Shown here in pieces: positions 18,660-29,666 of a stretch of DNA of 64,000 nucleotides (the stretch's first letter is position 1; each line of letters begins with the position of its first letter). Source of the stretch: Alphaproteobacteria bacterium (lineage in GTDB: Bacteria > Pseudomonadota > Alphaproteobacteria > SP197). Location of the stretch: NCBI GenBank assembly GCA_964291415.2, contig OZ219918.1, forward strand, positions 1,252,672-1,316,671, given 5' to 3'. The translations under genes were made by a program, and so were the position numbers. Below the pieces are notes generated by a model that saw only the letters and a program-made list of their open reading frames with translations, was not told the DNA's origin and searched no databases.

Positions 18660-18857
18660 TCAGCCCGCAGACAACGGCCTCCACGTCCGCACAGGGGCCC
18701 GCCAGTCGATCCCCTCCAGCAGCATCGACAGCTGCGCCGGCGTCATCGTCACCTTGCCCCCGGACGCCGACGGCCACACGAAACGGCCGCGCTCCAGACG
18801 CTTCGAGAACAGGCATGCTCCCTGACCGTCCCACCAGATCACCTTGACCAGGTCGCC
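18660..18857 (-). pseudogene. tnpB: IS66 TnpB, 3' part
   Basis: GDLVKVIWWDGQGACLFSKRLERGRFVWP...LSMLLEGIDWR. Confidence 0.9.
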
Positions 18858-18892
18858 TAACCTCATCTCATTCTGCATACCGTCATAGCTTC

Positions 18893-19339
18893 GTGACGGT
18901 GGAGTATCGGTGGCACCCCTTTCACGGGCGTCGCCTCCATGCCCGCAACGCCGGCCGTCGCGACGGAATCCTCCTTCTCGTTGACGGGGACCCGCACACG
19001 TCCCGCAAGGTGCCTGACTGGATGTGCGATCCCGCCATCTGCCAAGCAATGACGCTGGGTCCACCGCTGGTTCGGCTCGACGCACTGTCCGAACTGTCGG
19101 CGGCCCTGGTGAGCCTGTTGCCGGGCGGAACAGGCCCGTCATCATCGGCCTCCCCCCGGAAGGAGAATGCCGATGAAGTCACCGACGTCACGACCACGAA
19201 CCCAACTCCGGTTGAGCCTGGAACCGCCGGTACCGGCGGCGCCGCGATCGGCGGCGCTGATGCGGGCTCTGGCGGATCTTCTGCTCGAAGCCCTGGATCC
19301 GGAGACCGTCACGACCGAGCCAAGGGAGGCGATCGATGA
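18893..19339 (+). CDS. accessory protein of the recombinase element (Y4bD/DUF5372-like)
   Basis: VEYRWHPFHGR...VPDWMCD...LDALSELSAAL pattern, typical of small ORFs preceding these recombinases. Stop overlaps the recombinase ATG. Confidence 0.55.
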   Translation: MTVEYRWHPFHGRRLHARNAGRRDGILLLVDGDPHTSRKVPDWMCDPAICQAMTLGPPLVRLDALSELSAALVSLLPGGTGPSSSASPRKENADEVTDVTTTNPTPVEPGTAGTGGAAIGGADAGSGGSSARSPGSGDRHDRAKGGDR

Positions 19340-19358
19340 ACTCCAAGATCACGTCTGA
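19167..19358 (+). CDS. small accessory ORF (possible directionality factor)
   Basis: GGAG RBS. QLRLSLE...ALMRALADLLLEAL amphipathic helix overlapping the recombinase start. Confidence 0.4.
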   Translation: MPMKSPTSRPRTQLRLSLEPPVPAAPRSAALMRALADLLLEALDPETVTTEPREAIDELQDHV

Positions 19359-21420
19359 GCATCTTTGCCGCGGCGCCACCGTCTACATCCGCCAGTCCAC
19401 GCCGGTGCAGGTGCTGGAGAACACCGAGAGCCAGAGGCGGCAATACGGGCTGGTGGATTCGGCCAAGGCCGCTGGATTCGCGTCGGTGACGGTGATCGAC
19501 GACGATCTTGGCCGTTCTGGCTCCGGGGTGGCGGACCGTCCCGGGTTCCAGAAGCTGGCCGCCGCGGTGTGTGCCGGATCGGTCGGCGCGGTGTTCTGCA
19601 TTGAGGCGTCCAGGCTCGCCCGCAATGGCCGGGACTGGCATCATCTGATCGACCTGTGCGCACTGGCCGGCGCACTGGTCATTGATCCGGACGGGACCTA
19701 CGATCCGCGCCTGATCAACGACCGGCTATTGCTCGGGCTGAAGGGGACGATGTCGGAGTATGAGCTGAGCCTGCTGCGCCAGCGCGGCCTCGCCGCCCGG
19801 GACGCCAAGGCCGGGCGCGGCGAGCTTCGGTTCACCCTGCCGCCGGGCTATTGCTGGGCCGAGAACGGGCGCATCGAGATCGACCCCGACGAGCGCGTGG
19901 CGGACGCGATCCGTCTGGTGTTCGAGAAGTTCCGGGAACTCGGCAGCTCGCGCCAGGTGTATCTATGGTTCCTGGCTGCCGGGCTGAGCCTGCCGGTGGT
20001 GCGGCGCAACTCCGTCGCGCGCCATATCGAGTGGCGGTCGGCGGCCTACCACACGGTGCGCCAGATTCTGAAGAGCCCGATCTATGCCGGGGCCTACGCC
20101 TTCGGGCGGACCGCGGGGCGAACCCGGATCGTGGACGGGCGGGCTCGGAAGACCGAGGGGCACAAGCGCCCGATTACTGACTGGAGGGTGCTGCTGCGCG
20201 ACAACCACGAGGGCTACATCACCTGGGAGCGTTTCGAGGAGAACCAGAGGACGCTGCTTGAGAATGCTCACATGAAGAAGCGTGCCTCGCGAAAGTCGGG
20301 CCGGGGCGGCCGGGCCCTGTTGACCGGCCTGGCGCGCTGCGGGCGCTGCGGGCGCATGATGCGGGTGTTCTACCAGGGCCGGTCGAATCATCCGTATCGC
20401 TACCAGTGCCGGGGAGACTCCAACGGCGCAGGTCTGTGCAATGGCATCGGCGGGTTGCGTATCGACCGCGCTGTCGCCGCGTGCATTCTGGATGCGGTCT
20501 CGCCGCACGCTGTGGAGGCGGCAATGCAGGCGGCCGAGCAAGCTGACCGGGCAGCGGTCGAGCGCCGGCGCGCCGTGGAGCGCGAGCTTGAGGAGGCCGA
20601 GTACGAAGCCTCGCTCGCGGCCCGGCGCTACGAGCTGGTCGATCCCGCCAAGCGGCACGTCGCGCGGGAGCTGGAGGCGCGGTGGAACACCGCGCTTGAG
20701 CGCGTCGAGCAGATCGCGCAACGCCTGGTCGGCCTGGACGCCGAGCGGGCGTCGCGTCCCTCGATCGATCGGGCGGCGCTGATGGATCTGGCGCAGGATC
20801 TTCCCGCGGTGTGGAACGCGCCGACGACGAGTGCGGGGGCGAAGCAGCGTTTGATCCGTACCCTGATCGAGGAAGTGGTGATCGGCCTGGATGATGAGGC
20901 CAACGAGGCGGTCCTGACGATCCACTGGGTGGGCGGGCGCCACAGCGAGACGCGGGTCCCGCGGAGGAGGACCGGCGGATATCCGTCCGACCGCAAGCCC
21001 GATCCGGTCGAGGTCATGTGCAAGCTTGGCGGTTGCTTCCCCGACCGCGATCTTGCGGTGACGATGAACAGAATGCGATGCAGGACCGAAGACGGCGGCA
21101 CCTGGACGATGGTACGAGTCCGCGAGCTCCGGGAGCGCTTGGGTATCGCCGCGTTCGATCCGGCGACGTCAGGTCCCGAGACGATTAGCGCCCAAGAGAC
21201 GGCACATCGCCTTGGGATCTACATCACCTCGGTCCATCAACTCATCCGCGAAGGCACGTTGCCGGCGAGACAACTCATGCCATCGGCTCCGTGGCAGATC
21301 CCGGTCGAAGCACTCGAAAGCGAGGCGGTTCGGATAGGCGTGCGAGAAATCATTGCGCGCCGTCCCGGCAATACCACGCAATTACAAAATCTTAACATTC
21401 CCAGGCTGCCGGGGATCTAA
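19336..21420 (+). CDS. large serine recombinase (resolvase + recombinase + Zn-ribbon + C-terminal HTH)
   Basis: YIRQST catalytic Ser, [40 protein letters not shown], coiled coil. Confidence 0.95.
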   Translation: MNSKITSEHLCRGATVYIRQSTPVQVLENTESQRRQYGLVDSAKAAGFASVTVIDDDLGRSGSGVADRPGFQKLAAAVCAGSVGAVFCIEASRLARNGRDWHHLIDLCALAGALVIDPDGTYDPRLINDRLLLGLKGTMSEYELSLLRQRGLAARDAKAGRGELRFTLPPGYCWAENGRIEIDPDERVADAIRLVFEKFRELGSSRQVYLWFLAAGLSLPVVRRNSVARHIEWRSAAYHTVRQILKSPIYAGAYAFGRTAGRTRIVDGRARKTEGHKRPITDWRVLLRDNHEGYITWERFEENQRTLLENAHMKKRASRKSGRGGRALLTGLARCGRCGRMMRVFYQGRSNHPYRYQCRGDSNGAGLCNGIGGLRIDRAVAACILDAVSPHAVEAAMQAAEQADRAAVERRRAVERELEEAEYEASLAARRYELVDPAKRHVARELEARWNTALERVEQIAQRLVGLDAERASRPSIDRAALMDLAQDLPAVWNAPTTSAGAKQRLIRTLIEEVVIGLDDEANEAVLTIHWVGGRHSETRVPRRRTGGYPSDRKPDPVEVMCKLGGCFPDRDLAVTMNRMRCRTEDGGTWTMVRVRELRERLGIAAFDPATSGPETISAQETAHRLGIYITSVHQLIREGTLPARQLMPSAPWQIPVEALESEAVRIGVREIIARRPGNTTQLQNLNIPRLPGI

Positions 21421-21446
21421 GAATGGGGACGCACAATGTCACACGA

Positions 21447-21601
21447 TCGCCCCGGCGGCCCCGGAACACGAACAGATGCCCGCTGTAGGGATCCGCCTTG
21501 AGCACCTCCTCGGCCAGCGCCGCCAGGCCCGGAAAGCCCTTGCGCATGTCCGTCACGCCGCTCGACAGCCAGACCCGGGTCGAAGACGGAACCGGAATCA
21601 T
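21447..21601 (-). pseudogene. tnpB: IS66 TnpB, 5' part
   Basis: [29 protein letters not shown]...[16 protein letters not shown]. Confidence 0.9.
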
Positions 21602-21951
21602 CTCAGCAGCGCCCGCACCACGCGACACAGGGCATCCACGTCGAACGACCCGCTCGCGCTCACCCGGTGGCCGCTCGCCAGCGCCACCTCGATGCGGCCG
21701 TCCGATGCCGCGGGCGCCGCCGATGGCGGCGACAAGGGCTCGGGAACCACCTCGACAGGCAGGAACGAGGTCTCGGCCTCGCCATCCCCGGCCCGCCGGA
21801 AGCGGGGATCGCGACGCCACTTGAAGATCAGGTTGGCGTTGACGTCATAGCGGCGTCCCACCTGGGACACCGAAACCCCCGGCGCCCAGGTCTGCGCCAC
21901 GATCCGGCGCTTCTCGTCCTCCGACCAGAACCGGCGTACTCGACGCGCCAC
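21598..21951 (-). CDS. tnpA: IS66 TnpA (HTH)
   Basis: [16 protein letters not shown]...[36 protein letters not shown]. Confidence 0.9.
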   Translation of the reverse strand: MARRVRRFWSEDEKRRIVAQTWAPGVSVSQVGRRYDVNANLIFKWRRDPRFRRAGDGEAETSFLPVEVVPEPLSPPSAAPAASDGRIEVALASGHRVSASGSFDVDALCRVVRALLR

Positions 21952-22234
21952 CGCAAAAGCCTCCTCCGATGGTGTCCACCAACCGATGGTGGACACCATC
22001 GAGCACTGGACCGACACCATCCGAATCTGCAGCTCCGCACTGAGCAGCCGCAAGGGCGGTCAGACCGAACGCTTACGCGCAAACTGGAGACGGGAGCCGC
22101 TGAATCTCATGGCGGAGACGGTAATGCGCGTGTATCTCTTGCGTTCATTTGTTTGTTCCGTGAGCAGTACGTCGAGGTTCTCGTGTCCCAAGGCGCCCCG
22201 AAGCGACCCATGGCGTCCCAGTCACCGGGAGTGG

Positions 22235-22440
22235 CCGCCGCCTCGGCGTCGCGAACCAAGCAGGAGGATCGAGCGTTCATTTGCACCGAGGTGTGACCGA
22301 GCAGTGTCCCGATTATCAACAGGGGTTCCCCGAGGGCGCAGGCAGGCGAAGCGCACCCGAGCCGGAAGTCATGAATGCGCACATCTTCCAGTTCGGCCCG
22401 CTCGCGTCTGCGCTCCGTGCAACACTTGACGTGTCGGCAG
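22235..22440 (-). pseudogene. tyrosine integrase C-terminal remnant
   Basis: AELEDVRIHDFR...GEPLLIIGTLLGHTSVQMNARS (decayed HxLRH / LGH...Y). Confidence 0.75.
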
Positions 22441-22858
22441 GGATCGGATCCGGACGACCGCAGGCACCACGCCCGACGAGCGAGAGCATCGTGGAGAGAA
22501 TGCAGGCGTCCGGTTCGCCTGGTGGGGCGCGACACGCAGGTAGAAGTGCAGCCTGTCGATGTCCTTGCGTTCCACCACGCAGAACCGCATTGCGACGACA
22601 CACCCTGCAGCCGGCGCCGCCTCAAGCGCCCTACGAAGTCGCGTCAGGCGAGCAGACACGGTGTTGACAGCACCTCCGGCGGAACCTTCATCGAGGAAGC
22701 AGTGCAGCCATCGGGAACACCATGTGTGCACCCGCGGTGCTGAACCGAAAATGTAACTAACTGCATGCACGGCCTTTTCTCTCTCACGATTCTATGCCTG
22801 GGGCACGGAAACAGGTCGTTTCCCTGCCCTCGGTGCAACACGCGAGGGAGAGAAAACC

Positions 22859-23337
22859 ATGGCGACCAGCCGTCTCACGCAACGCAGGATCGACGCCCAA
22901 AGGCCGCGCAAGAAGGTCTGTGCCATCCGCGATACCGACATCAAGGGGTTCGGTCTTCGTATTCTGCCTTCCGGGCGCAAGCACTTCCTGCACAGCCAGG
23001 TCAACGGTAGACGCGTCTGGCATGTCATCGGGAGTGTCACGTCCATCACGCTCGACGAGGCACGCCACGAGGCACGAGGCATCCTGACAGCGAGACGCGA
23101 GGGTAACGATCCTCCTAGCGATATCGCTCCCGACCCTCCGTTCGAGACGGTGGCCGACGAGGTCTTCCGGCGATATCGGCGTCACTGGAAGGCAAGCACC
23201 TTCAAGGTCAACGCCTACTACTACAGGAAACGGATCCTGCCCTGGTTTGGAGGCATGGCCATCCGCAGCATCACGCGTGCCGACGTTCAGCGATGGTTCG
23301 CCTCGCTCCATGCCACGCCGGCAGCTGCGGACCGTTC
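22859..23337 (+). pseudogene. tyrosine integrase N-terminal fragment (arm-binding DUF4102-like), truncated by an IS66 end
   Basis: LTQRRID...IRDTDIKGFGLRILPSGRK...ITLDEARHEAR...ITRADVQRWF. Ends where GTAAGCGG begins at 23338. Confidence 0.8.
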
Positions 23338-23953
23338 GTAAGCGGACATTTTGCGACGCCCTTGACGCCGGGCGTCCCGCACCCCTGACCAACTTGTGAT
23401 TTTCAGGCTGCCTGCGGCAGCTTCGTGGGGACGGCCTTGCCGACGTCGGATGTCATCGGGTTGTCGGCGAAGCGCTCCTTCCACAGACGCGCCCGCCGCA
23501 GGATCCCCTGCTCAAGGCCATCGGCTACGCCCGCAACCACAGGAGCGGCCTCGAGGTCTGCCTCCAGGATCCCGCCGTGGCAATCGACACGAACCATCTC
23601 GAAAGGTGCGTCAGGCCGGTCGCGCTGGGACGCCGCAACTGGCTGTTCTGCTGGAGCGAGGCGGGCGCGGAAGCCGTCGGCATCCTGCAGAGCTTGGTGC
23701 TGACATGCCGCCTGCACGGTATCGATCCCTACACGTGGCTGGTCGACGTTCTGCTGCGGGTCTCGACCCATCCCGCCCGGGATGTGGCCCAGCTGACGCC
23801 ACGCCTGTGGAAGGACCACTTCGCTGAGAACCCGATGACATCCGACATCAGCAGGGCCGTGCTCGCGAAGGTGCCGCAGGCAGCCTGAAAATCACAAGTT
23901 GGTCAGGGGTGCGGGAAGCCCGGCGTCAAGGACGTCGCAAAATGACCGGATAC
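23338..23953. mobile_element. IS66-derived miniature element made of two inverted tnpC 3' ends
   Basis: GTAAGCGGACATTTTGCGACG at the left and CGTCGCAAAATGACCGGATAC at the right. ~145-bp imperfect inverted arms. Internal tnpC C-terminus (IDTNHLER...GRRNWLF). No TSD. Confidence 0.8.
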
Positions 23954-23965
23954 GGCCCAACGGCG

Positions 23966-25060
23966 CTAGTCCAACCGAAAAACGTCATTGTCGAGGTCGT
24001 CAACCGCCTGCCTTCGCTGTTCCCGGGCCTGTCGGGCTGCACCGACGAGTTCGACCGAGCGCTTCACCTCGCCGACGCAGCGCATGGCGTCGTCATAACC
24101 CTGCTCGATCCAGGAGTGAATATCCGCCGAAAAGTTGAACATATCCCGCTTCTCGCCCGCAAAGCCTTCCTTTCGCCTCATTGTGCGGCCCGGTCGGATT
24201 TCAAGGACGACCGTGTTCGGAAACCTGTTCCGCGGCCAGGGCGAACCTTCGGACGAATGGGTGACAATAAGGTGGGTGCAACCGGCGTGCTCGACCAGAG
24301 GTTCGGCCGGAGTGTTCCCCTGCCTCGTGCGGTAGCCGCCCAACACGCCGTCCACAAACCGCCGGTTATCCGGCCCGAGCCTGCGGGCCTGCAACACGAT
24401 CGGCATGGCAGCCGAGGCCAGGATTGTCGCTTTGCGTTCATCACGCGGAAGCGACTGGATGTGGCGGAATTCGGACGGCGGCGTGTCCCACAACTCCAGC
24501 AGCATGCCACCAAGAGCAAGCGAGTCGGTCAACATCTCCTCACTCGCGAAGATCGACACGTAGAGGGGCAGCCCTTCTCCCTTCAGAAGAAGCTTCATGC
24601 CGCGATCGAGCATTTTCTCAAGTGATGCCGCGTCCGCCAGTTCAAGAGAGAGAAAACCAACCTTCCTGAGCGCTGCGGCAAGAACAGCTGCAACATCTAC
24701 AGCCTTTGCATATCGGGGGTCCTCTTCATACCGAGGATGATTGCGAGCCCGCCCCAGAATCATGGGCAGGCCTACCCCGAGGACGAACTTGCCTGGTTGC
24801 CACTCGAGCGGGCTGTTTCCGATCAGCCTGGTCCAGAGTTCCTCCAGTTCGATCGCTGCTTTCTTCAAGTCGCCGTTGGCTTCGGAAACCACGACGCCAT
24901 TCATCGCGCCTGCGCTGGCCCCGGCCACCGCATGGACATGGACATCGAGTTCGGCCAGCGCCTTGACGACGCCCGCCTGATAGGCGGCCGAGGCCCCGCC
25001 GCCGGACAACACCAACCCGACTCTGGCTTCCTTCGAATTCAACGCGATCTCCTTCGTCAC
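23966..25060 (-). CDS. patatin-like phospholipase
   Basis: GLVLSGGGASAAYQAGV, GASAG nucleophile elbow, ASAAMP, FVDGV. Confidence 0.9.
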   Translation of the reverse strand: MTKEIALNSKEARVGLVLSGGGASAAYQAGVVKALAELDVHVHAVAGASAGAMNGVVVSEANGDLKKAAIELEELWTRLIGNSPLEWQPGKFVLGVGLPMILGRARNHPRYEEDPRYAKAVDVAAVLAAALRKVGFLSLELADAASLEKMLDRGMKLLLKGEGLPLYVSIFASEEMLTDSLALGGMLLELWDTPPSEFRHIQSLPRDERKATILASAAMPIVLQARRLGPDNRRFVDGVLGGYRTRQGNTPAEPLVEHAGCTHLIVTHSSEGSPWPRNRFPNTVVLEIRPGRTMRRKEGFAGEKRDMFNFSADIHSWIEQGYDDAMRCVGEVKRSVELVGAARQAREQRRQAVDDLDNDVFRLD

Positions 25061-26067
25061 CGTGTCGCTCCGTCCCGGTTGAGCCTTTCAGTTGCGATGC
25101 GCCGAACCGTTTCCCGCAGGGCCATCTCGCCCAGATAGAACGGCTGAACCAGCCGTGGCCGGTTTCGGGGCAATTCCTCCTTGGAATCCTGAAGGCGCAT
25201 CCGGGCAGAGACGGCCAGCGGCCGATCGCCCGGCGATGCGTCGGCCAGAAGATATGCAATGGCATCTCGCCAATCCGTCGGAAGAGCCGCGTCCCTCAAC
25301 GGAGCCAGCCAGAGATCGACGATGACGGACTCCCGCTCCTCCCCGACAGCAAAGACGTCGGCCATGTTTCCCAGCACATTCCGTGCATTGTCAATCAAGC
25401 CCCAAGCATCCCTGTCGTCCGGGCCCTTCAGACGCAGGAACGCGCCGAATTCGTTCCAATAGAGGTCGTTGGCAGCCAGCAGCACTCGCAACAATGGAGG
25501 AACCGCCTTGAATCTGTTACTCAGCAATCGCTCCTTCGCAGCGGCAACGGAAGTCCAGGCCCGACCTTCTAATTTCTGATCTGCCAGGTCCTGTTGCAGG
25601 TCCGAAAGCCGGTGTTCCGTGGATTCGATATGGTTCGCAAGCCTCTGGTCGAGTTCCTCAACCTCGGTCCTCAATTCCTGGTGCCGCTCCTGGAGCTTCA
25701 TCACGCCCTGGCGAGTCTCCAGAAGCCGTTTCGCAACACGAGCCAGGGCAATGTCCGATTCCGCCTGCGCCGCCTGGAGTCCGTGCAGCCATTCGTTCAT
25801 GTTGCGCAGCACGCCTCGTGTTCCGCTGTCTATGCCTTGCTGCCGCCGCGCCGAGGTCCCGGTCACGAGATCCCAGGCCCGTCCTAGGAAGGATCCCGGG
25901 TTTTCGTCTCTGAACCTGAGATGATCGTCCACGACCTCCAGGCCGTTGACGACGTCCACAACTGCCTTCTCCCGCACCTTTGGGAAGTCGGCGAGTACTC
26001 CCAACGACAGTGGTCCTGCCGGAAGGTCACCGCGATTCATTGCCGCATTCTCCCGCACTATCGTCAT
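25057..26067 (-). CDS. YjcZ/RdcB-like coiled-coil protein
   Basis: EKAVVDVVNGLEV...FLGRAWDLVTGTSARRQ plus coiled coil. Overlaps the dynamin stop, as in crfC-yjcZ. Confidence 0.7.
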   Translation of the reverse strand: MTIVRENAAMNRGDLPAGPLSLGVLADFPKVREKAVVDVVNGLEVVDDHLRFRDENPGSFLGRAWDLVTGTSARRQQGIDSGTRGVLRNMNEWLHGLQAAQAESDIALARVAKRLLETRQGVMKLQERHQELRTEVEELDQRLANHIESTEHRLSDLQQDLADQKLEGRAWTSVAAAKERLLSNRFKAVPPLLRVLLAANDLYWNEFGAFLRLKGPDDRDAWGLIDNARNVLGNMADVFAVGEERESVIVDLWLAPLRDAALPTDWRDAIAYLLADASPGDRPLAVSARMRLQDSKEELPRNRPRLVQPFYLGEMALRETVRRIATERLNRDGATR

Positions 26068-28433
26068 CGGACACTGAGAAGGCGACCCGCTGCCTTCTCG
26101 AAGTCCCCCACATTCGCACGGCTGTCACCAGCCTCTTCTTCCATCCTCCTTATGGCTGTGAGAAAATGCGCCTTGCGCTCTCGCTTCATCCTGCGTTCGC
26201 TCAACCCATCGACCAGACTCTGGTGATACCCGTCCAGGAGCCTCAGAACGATGGTGAAACTGTCATCGACATGCTGCTTCCAGTCGTCAATACTAGCCTC
26301 CGCACGTTTGCGATAGCTCTCCAAAGTATCGGTCACGCCCTTCTTGAGGGACGCGATGACGTCATTGCGATAAATCACATATACGACTTTCGTATGGTGG
26401 ACCTCTCGTTTGCCCCACCCGAATGCGTCAAAGGGATCCAAGAAATTCGCTAGCTCGTGTGTCACCACCGTCCTTGGCCGTGACTTTCGTCTTTCCCTTT
26501 CCCGTTGAAAAGCAATATCGGCTGGCTTGGCGCAATCCTTGCCCGGATCAAAGTGCGGGACCTGAAGACTCAATTCGAAGCCACCATCGCCCAAAGCGCG
26601 ACGAGCAGCCTCCAACGCATCGGCCACACCAGTGTCCACCTTGCGTGCCAGATCGACATGGGTGCTGTCCATGAGTGCGCTAATCGATGAAGAAGCGTCC
26701 TTCACAATCTGATCTGCTAGCTTTAGGTAGACTTTCTTGATCCTATTGCATGCATTGCGCCAACACTCTTCGTTGTCGTATTCCAGTTTCCCATCCTCGA
26801 ATTGCTCTATAAGGTCCTCCGGGTTCACAATGCCAGAGTTGGTGGATCGCCTTGTGTTGGATGGTACATCGATCAATCGTCTTTCGTTCTGGATATCTTC
26901 GATAAACGTGCGGATGTTTTTTGTACTAGTCTTGTTGTTTGCGTTGCGCAGGATATTGTCTAACTTCTCGCTGAGGTCCTGCATGGTCGAAGTGAGCCAT
27001 GCGTCAAGGTCGCATCTTGCCTTCTTGGTGGCCTGGCTACACTCCTCCATGCTCTGAATGGTTTGCTCCAGATTCGCCCTGTCAATGGTCAAAGACCCGG
27101 TGAACAGTTTCAAGTGATGTTCAATATCGTTGCCGTACTGTTTCAATTTTGTCAAAGCGGATTGAAGGGCGAGTTCGCCGGCCCGCCGCTGCGCGGCCAC
27201 AACGACACCATCAAGCAGAGGCTGGAATCTACTTTCGCACCAAAGATGATTTGCCACTTGCTCGACCTGCGCCAAATCCTGGAGCCATGTATCGTCACCA
27301 CGGACATTTAGCTTGCCAAAGTCAGCGACCCACGGCTCGTCGGCGGAAGGCAGGGTGCCATTGCGGTTCAGGGCGTCACGCACCCTGCCGGCGAGATAGG
27401 CGTGTTGCGCCGACACCGGAAAGACACTCTGCGGATCGACGACGCCATTCATCAAGTCGGCGCTGATGTGGGTCCTGATTGCAGCAGCGTCAGGATCGCT
27501 GGACTTGCGTTCATCAAATTTGTTGACCAGGACGAACATTCTGTCCTGCATGATGCCCGATACGGTGTGGAGTAGCAGTTCGAGCTCTTCGGATGCTTCG
27601 GTGTTGAGTTGAGTGTAGTCTAGGACCACCAGGATCGCGGATGCCTTCTCCAGTTGCTCCTCAAGCACATCCGTCAGGTGTTCACTCAGTTGCGCTTCGT
27701 TGAAGCCGGGAAGGTCAAGCAGGGCAAGACTGCCTGACTGACGGGCGACATCGGCAAGGCAACGAAAGTGTACGGCCATGGCGGGCATTTCATCGAGATC
27801 ATCATACTCTTCGTTAGCGAGCGCCTCGCCCACTGCCTCGTGTCGCCCGAGGCGGAGGAGGTCGTTGAGCCGGCCGAGCGCTTCGAAGGCACCGGTTTCG
27901 CCCTTCGTACTCCTTGTCGAAACCCGCTCCTTCACCCTCAGCAAGGCCGTTGATCAACGCCTCCATGTCGATGTTGTAGTCTTTCCGCACGGCATCCAGC
28001 CGCGCCTCGTGCTGCAATTTGCAAGCTACCCTGTCTGCCAGTCCATTGAGTGCAGCGGCATTGTTGATCGTCAGGCCGGGCTCGAAACGGTCCGGCTCAT
28101 GGCGGATAACGGTAGGCAGCGCCGTCATCGGCCGGGCGCGGTGCGGCAGCGCCTCGGTCCCGATGATCGCGTTGACAACCGTGGACTTGCCGGCCTTGAC
28201 CGTGCCCGCCACCGCCAGCGTGATTTCGAGACGCGACACCTTGTCTTCCTCGCCCTCAATGAGTTCAACGATGCTCCTCGGCTCGCTCCTTGGAGAGGAC
28301 ACGTTCCTTCCCGTCTTTCGTCCGGCTGTGCAGCAGACCCTCCTCCCTGATCAGGGCTCTGCAGCAGCGCTTTCTGTTCATTCAGCAGCACGACCAGATG
28401 ATCTCGCGCCGCAGTCATGATGTCACCGCTCAT
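26064..28433 (-). CDS. CrfC/RdcA-like dynamin-family GTPase (frameshifts near 28310 and 27890)
   Basis: LAVAGTVKAGKSTVVNAIIG, PHRARPMTALPT (G1/G2), LLDLPGFNEA (G3), LVNKFD (G4), FPVSA, spread over three frames. Confidence 0.85.
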
Positions 28434-28769
28434 CGTCTGTCCCCCACGCCAAATCCGGTGGTTCCCTGCACATGGTGCGTCAGCCCCAGTACCATAGGTC
28501 AACGGAGGATGCACTGCGGTGGCACACATTAAGATGGTGTCGGTATCGGACCTGTTGAAGAAGGCCGCCGCGGCCTCTGGTATCGCGCGGCAATGTCAGC
28601 CGGAACCGTCAGCCCGTCAGAGGCGAAGACGGGTTTGAGCCGCTGTGCGACCAGTCCCAATTCGCAAGCATGCCGCGGGACTGCTGGAACCCGGTCGAGG
28701 TCGAGGGGCATCAGGATGCCATTTCCACGGTGCCTTGTCGTTGTATCACCATGCGCCGCCCATCGCGTG

Positions 28770-29170
28770 GTCAGGCGGCCGTCGCGCCGGGATATCGGAA
28801 GGCGACGGCGTGCTCGAGGACGCCCACGGCACCCGCGCGTCGGGCCATCCTGTGCCAGGGAGGAAGGATGGCGAGTGGACGAACCTCCATGCCGATGGTG
28901 ATGTGATCGGGCAGACCCATGCGGACGGCAAGCCCAAGGCCGATGGGCGTTTGATTCCCCCGCCTATGACAACGGGGTCTGCGTGGGGAACTACGAATAC
29001 GTTCGCCAGCATGGTCACTGGGAACATCGCGAAGCGGATGAATACAGCGCGATCGGGGCATTCGAGAACAACAAGCGAACGGGCACCTCGACCATCACCC
29101 GGCCCATGTGGCGTCGAAGCACGAGTTCGTTGTGTGGATGGCGAGATCGAGGGCACACTCACCGTCACCC
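28770..29170 (+). pseudogene. decayed MORN-variant repeat protein
   Basis: GRKDGEW, GNYEYVRQHGHW, GAFENNKRTG repeats in shifting frames. Confidence 0.45.
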
Positions 29171-29666
29171 GGCAAAGATTGCCTCTCTGCGTCCGCTGCC
29201 ACGCGGAGGTCAGGTGCCGTGCCGGCGTCCTGGCGCGGATGCGTGCCTTCCCCCGACAATCCCGGACGCACGCCATGGCGTCAGCTGTTCCGCTAGCGCC
29301 TCCAACCGTAGTGGTTTGCGTCGCCTCGATCGCAAAACGCGTGACGTGACGATCGAAGCGACCGGCCGCAACCCGGTGTTCTGCGACCGTCTCCGAACGC
29401 CTTGGCGAATTGGCGAGGAGGTTCACGTATGTCCCTACCATTTCAATCACCTCGCCCGTCGCCCGGCGACGCTGCTCGAACAGGCGCTCACTGGAGTGCG
29501 TCGTCGCGGATCGACGCGGGAACGCCGCCGCCGGCTGCGGTCGCGCCCTGCGCGTCGAGTTCGAACAGGATGACCGGCACCCGCTCACTGACCTGTTCGA
29601 CGCGCCGCGGGTCGAGGCCGGAAGCGCGCAAGGCCGTCACAAACCGGAAGAGCCGGGACTGCACGG

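Larger units (their letters stand above)
18858..21446 (+). mobile_element. large-serine-recombinase element inserted site-specifically in IS66 tnpB
   Basis: Flanked by the shared core TCGCC (18853-18857 and 21447-21451). Removing it restores tnpB in frame (FRGRRGDLVKV). Confidence 0.9.
17019..22076 (-). mobile_element. IS66-family insertion sequence carrying a nested insertion
   Basis: Terminal IRs GTAAGCGTTCGGCGAGACCGCC / GTAAGCGTTCGGTCTGACCGCC (19/22). 8-bp target duplication GCGCAAAC at 17011-17018 and 22077-22084. tnpA-tnpB-tnpC order. Confidence 0.95.

Noticed and set aside
18660-21601. tnpB as an RNA-guided TnpB nuclease
   Set aside because: This is the small IS66 accessory TnpB, unrelated to IS200/IS605 TnpB/Cas12 ancestors.
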